Made by a program: the position numbers and the translations under genes | The notes under the pieces: generated by a model | The model's database searches: none | What the model saw: only the letters and a program-made list of their open reading frames with translations | Told to the model about the DNA's origin: nothing | NCBI GenBank assembly: GCA_041746575.1 | Contig: JBGTGT010000075.1 | Coordinates: 1-53,301 of the forward strand | Direction of reading: 5' to 3' | Length of the DNA stretch: 53,301 nt | DNA from: Microcystaceae cyanobacterium | Lineage (GTDB): Bacteria > Cyanobacteriota > Cyanobacteriia > Cyanobacteriales > Microcystaceae | Shown: in pieces, positions 51,015 through 53,301 of the stretch | Layout of the letters: every line of letters begins with the position of its first letter | Numbering within the stretch: the first letter of the stretch is position 1

Positions 51015-51152
51015 AGAAAATTTCAACTAGATCAATAAGGAATTAAGCTTAATTAATCCAAAACATTGTCCCACAATGCTAGTTTGCCAAGGATCTTATG
51101 CTTAGATTTTTATTTTCCTCAGCATAAAATGCAGATTTTGTCAAGTTTTTCT

Positions 51153-51545
51153 CTATTTACGAGGTGTCTTCATCTGACGTGCCATAGACTTAAAGGTATT
51201 AAGACTCGGACCCGGACGACGACGACCTGAAGTCGGCATAATTAGGTATTTTGTGGCAAATTCGGTCACTGTTTCCATTTTACCATTATTTTGAGCGGCT
51301 ACAGGCGCACTCGGTTTCGGTTCGGCTTTAGGAGCAGACTTGGCTTTCTTAGCAGATTTTTTGGATTTTTTTTCAGTTTTGTCTTGGTTTTCTACCGCTT
51401 CCTCTACGACTTCTTCTACCACACTTGTATCCGTCTTTTTCCCTTTGGTCTCTGTCGGAGTTGAAGGCGAGGAGATAGTAGAACCTTCCTTAACCTCTAA
51501 AAAATAGTCTTTCTTTTTTTTGCCGCCAAAAAGTTTCTGAAGCAT
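51153..51545 (-). CDS. Conserved cyanobacterial hypothetical protein (Lys/Ala/Pro-rich)
   Basis: KLFGGKKKKDYFLEV...FATKYL..RRRPGPSLNTFKSMARQM; TAGGAG RBS before ATG51545. Confidence 0.75.
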   Translation of the reverse strand: MLQKLFGGKKKKDYFLEVKEGSTISSPSTPTETKGKKTDTSVVEEVVEEAVENQDKTEKKSKKSAKKAKSAPKAEPKPSAPVAAQNNGKMETVTEFATKYLIMPTSGRRRPGPSLNTFKSMARQMKTPRK

Positions 51546-51787
51546 TAGTTTGAGTTCTCCTAATAACGAAATTAACAAAAATTTTAAACTGAGATGCGTT
51601 CCCTGTTAACTCTGTGAACTATTTGGGATTGTACCATAAACCTCAACCTGACTTTCTAACTTATCTCTCTAACGAAATCGAATACCCGTGACATTGATCA
51701 CCGAAAAAGGATGATTACAACACCGACAGACCCAAATTCACCCCCTAAAGTGGAGCTAGTGTCGTTAAAATATTCTATCAATCATTT

Positions 51788-51976
51788 ATGAATTGTCAAT
51801 TGCCTTATTCTTCCTTCGATGGCGACTGCTTAAGTCAGAATTACCAATCGCGTTCGTTTTATCTCAGTCAAGCGTTAGAATCACTGCACCAACTCCAAAG
51901 ACAATCGCAAGAAAGAGCCACCCGTCAGCAGATTGAAGAAATCATCGAATTAATCCTCAAAGCGCGATTGCAATAA
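51788..51976 (+). CDS. Small hypothetical protein
   Basis: 62-aa ORF with amphipathic helical C-terminus; ends just before the IS left end. Confidence 0.45.
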   Translation: MNCQLPYSSFDGDCLSQNYQSRSFYLSQALESLHQLQRQSQERATRQQIEEIIELILKARLQ

Positions 51977-51990
51977 GAAGTTACGTCTAT

Positions 51991-53301
51991 CTCAAAAGAA
52001 AAAAGAGGACTCCCGTGGTTAGCCGATCGGCTTAACGGCGAGATGAATTTTGACGAAGTGGAAGGAAGCCTCGGTATGCCGCGCCGAGGTCTCTTCCACC
52101 AGTAAATAAACTGAGCGGAGCGCAAATCCCTACACGATTGGAATTTTTGTGTAGAATGTGCTAGACTCGTAGGATGATAACACTAAACTACGAGTACAAG
52201 CTGATTCCAGATGAAACGCAGACAGGGGTAATTGAAAATACCTTAAACATCTGCCGTGCTGTCTGGAATTTTGCTCTGAGGGAGCGAAAAGATTGGCTCT
52301 CGTCTCGTAAGTGTGCTGTCAATGCTTGCTCCCTTGAAAAGGAATATATTATTCCTCCTGATGCTCCTTATCCTAATTATCACAACCAAGCCAAAGCACT
52401 CACCATAGCTAAGAAGACTAACGAAATTCTCAAATTAGTTAACGCCCAAGTTCTACAGCAAGTTTTAAGAACTTTAGACAGGGCTTTTGCTGATATGCAG
52501 TCTAAAAAGTTAGGCTTTCCTCGCTTTAAAAACAAGTACAGGATGCGTTCTTATGTGTATCCTCAAATGCTTAAAAATTGTGTTAAAGGTAATCAGATTA
52601 AGTTACCACAATTAGGATGGATAAAGTTTAGGAAGTCTAGAGAAATACCTGATGGCTTTGAATTAAAACAAGCCCGTATTGTTAGGAGAGTATCAGGATA
52701 CTTCGTGATGCTCTTGCTTCAATTAGATGTCAATGTTCCCGATGTACCTTTTCACGGGCATCCATTAGGAATTGATTTAGGTTTAGACAAATTCTTGGCA
52801 ACTTCCGATGGTCAACTTGTAAATAGACCTCGTTTTTTAAACCAACTGCAACGTGAGCTTAAATTGCTACAACGTAGATTAGGGAATAAAAAGGAGGGTT
52901 CTAATAATCGTTACAAATTAAATCAAAGAATTGCTAGATTACACCAACGTATTTCTGATACTCGAAAAGATTGGCATTTTAAGCTAGCTCATTCTCTTTG
53001 TGACCAAGCTCAATCAATATTTATTGAAGATATTAATTTTATATCTTGGGCAAAAGGGATGCTATCTAAACATTGTCTTGATGCTGCTTTTGGACAATTC
53101 GTAACCATCCTTAAATGGGTAGCCTGGAAACGAGATGTTTTTGTCGCTGAAGTTGACAAGAATTTTACGTCTCAGATATGTCCTAATTGTGGTTTTCATA
53201 CTGGCAAGAAAACCCTTGATGTCAGAGAACATAGTTGTCCTGAATGCAGCTATAAAACCCACAGAGATGTGGCAGCAGCACAAGTCATCAGAAATCGTGG
53301 T
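51991..53301 (+). mobile_element. IS200/IS605-family element, IS1341-type (tnpB only), left end plus most of tnpB
   Basis: Subterminal hairpin 52010-52042 followed by GATGAATTTTGAC; no tnpA upstream of tnpB; runs off the window. Left boundary is inferred. Confidence 0.8.
52174..53301 (+). CDS. tnpB: RNA-guided endonuclease TnpB (3' partial)
   Basis: Open frame from ATG52174 to the window end (376 codons; not in the ORF track because there is no stop): YEYKLIP..VWNFAL, GFPRFK, GIDLG (RuvC-I), IFIED (RuvC-II), TSQICPNCG..CPEC zinc finger, HRDVAAA (RuvC-III). Confidence 0.93.
   Translation, partial: MITLNYEYKLIPDETQTGVIENTLNICRAVWNFALRERKDWLSSRKCAVNACSLEKEYIIPPDAPYPNYHNQAKALTIAKKTNEILKLVNAQVLQQVLRTLDRAFADMQSKKLGFPRFKNKYRMRSYVYPQMLKNCVKGNQIKLPQLGWIKFRKSREIPDGFELKQARIVRRVSGYFVMLLLQLDVNVPDVPFHGHPLGIDLGLDKFLATSDGQLVNRPRFLNQLQRELKLLQRRLGNKKEGSNNRYKLNQRIARLHQRISDTRKDWHFKLAHSLCDQAQSIFIEDINFISWAKGMLSKHCLDAAFGQFVTILKWVAWKRDVFVAEVDKNFTSQICPNCGFHTGKKTLDVREHSCPECSYKTHRDVAAAQVIRNRG

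Noticed and set aside
51925..52125. Minus-strand 66-aa ORF as a tnpA remnant
   Set aside because: No HUH or catalytic Tyr motif; it merely spans the left-end hairpins.
53062..53283. Minus-strand 73-aa ORF
   Set aside because: Antisense shadow of tnpB.

Overview
Chromosomal segment of a unicellular cyanobacterium, probably Chroococcales. This is inferred from frequent HIP1 GCGATCGC octamers, pipX, ndhB, clpR-clpP3, rimO-crhR, cyanobacterial gshA and WCGLC thioredoxin TrxC. Most of the window is housekeeping and signalling genes (nlpD-like, trmL, gshA, purD, cysQ-like, argG, pipX, purF, cyclophilin, ubiC-like, crhR, rimO, hybrid kinases, clpR/clpP, gap1, trxC, csaB, ndhB, gyrA). Accessory DNA comprises five elements. 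(1) The right end of a decaying integrative element at tRNA-Met (1-3110), with an IS1 remnant, an RHH gene with operator-like repeats and a frameshifted XisA-like tyrosine integrase. (2) A complete but pseudogenised IS701 carrying a 96-bp in-frame palindromic insertion. (3) Two copies of a MITE. (4) A giant haemagglutinin-CHAT protease with a proline repeat. (5) An IS200/IS605 (IS1341-type) element at the right edge whose tnpB, missed by the ORF track, has an intact catalytic triad. The best candidate for an undescribed system is a uraH / membrane ABM-fold protein / 8-oxoguanine deaminase cluster, where the middle gene sits in the place of the missing urate oxidase. Other leads are a TnpB with an inferable TAM, an RHH-FGE(CLec) fusion, and a hairpin-plus-gene cassette found twice. 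All assignments come from reading motifs by eye; no searches were run.
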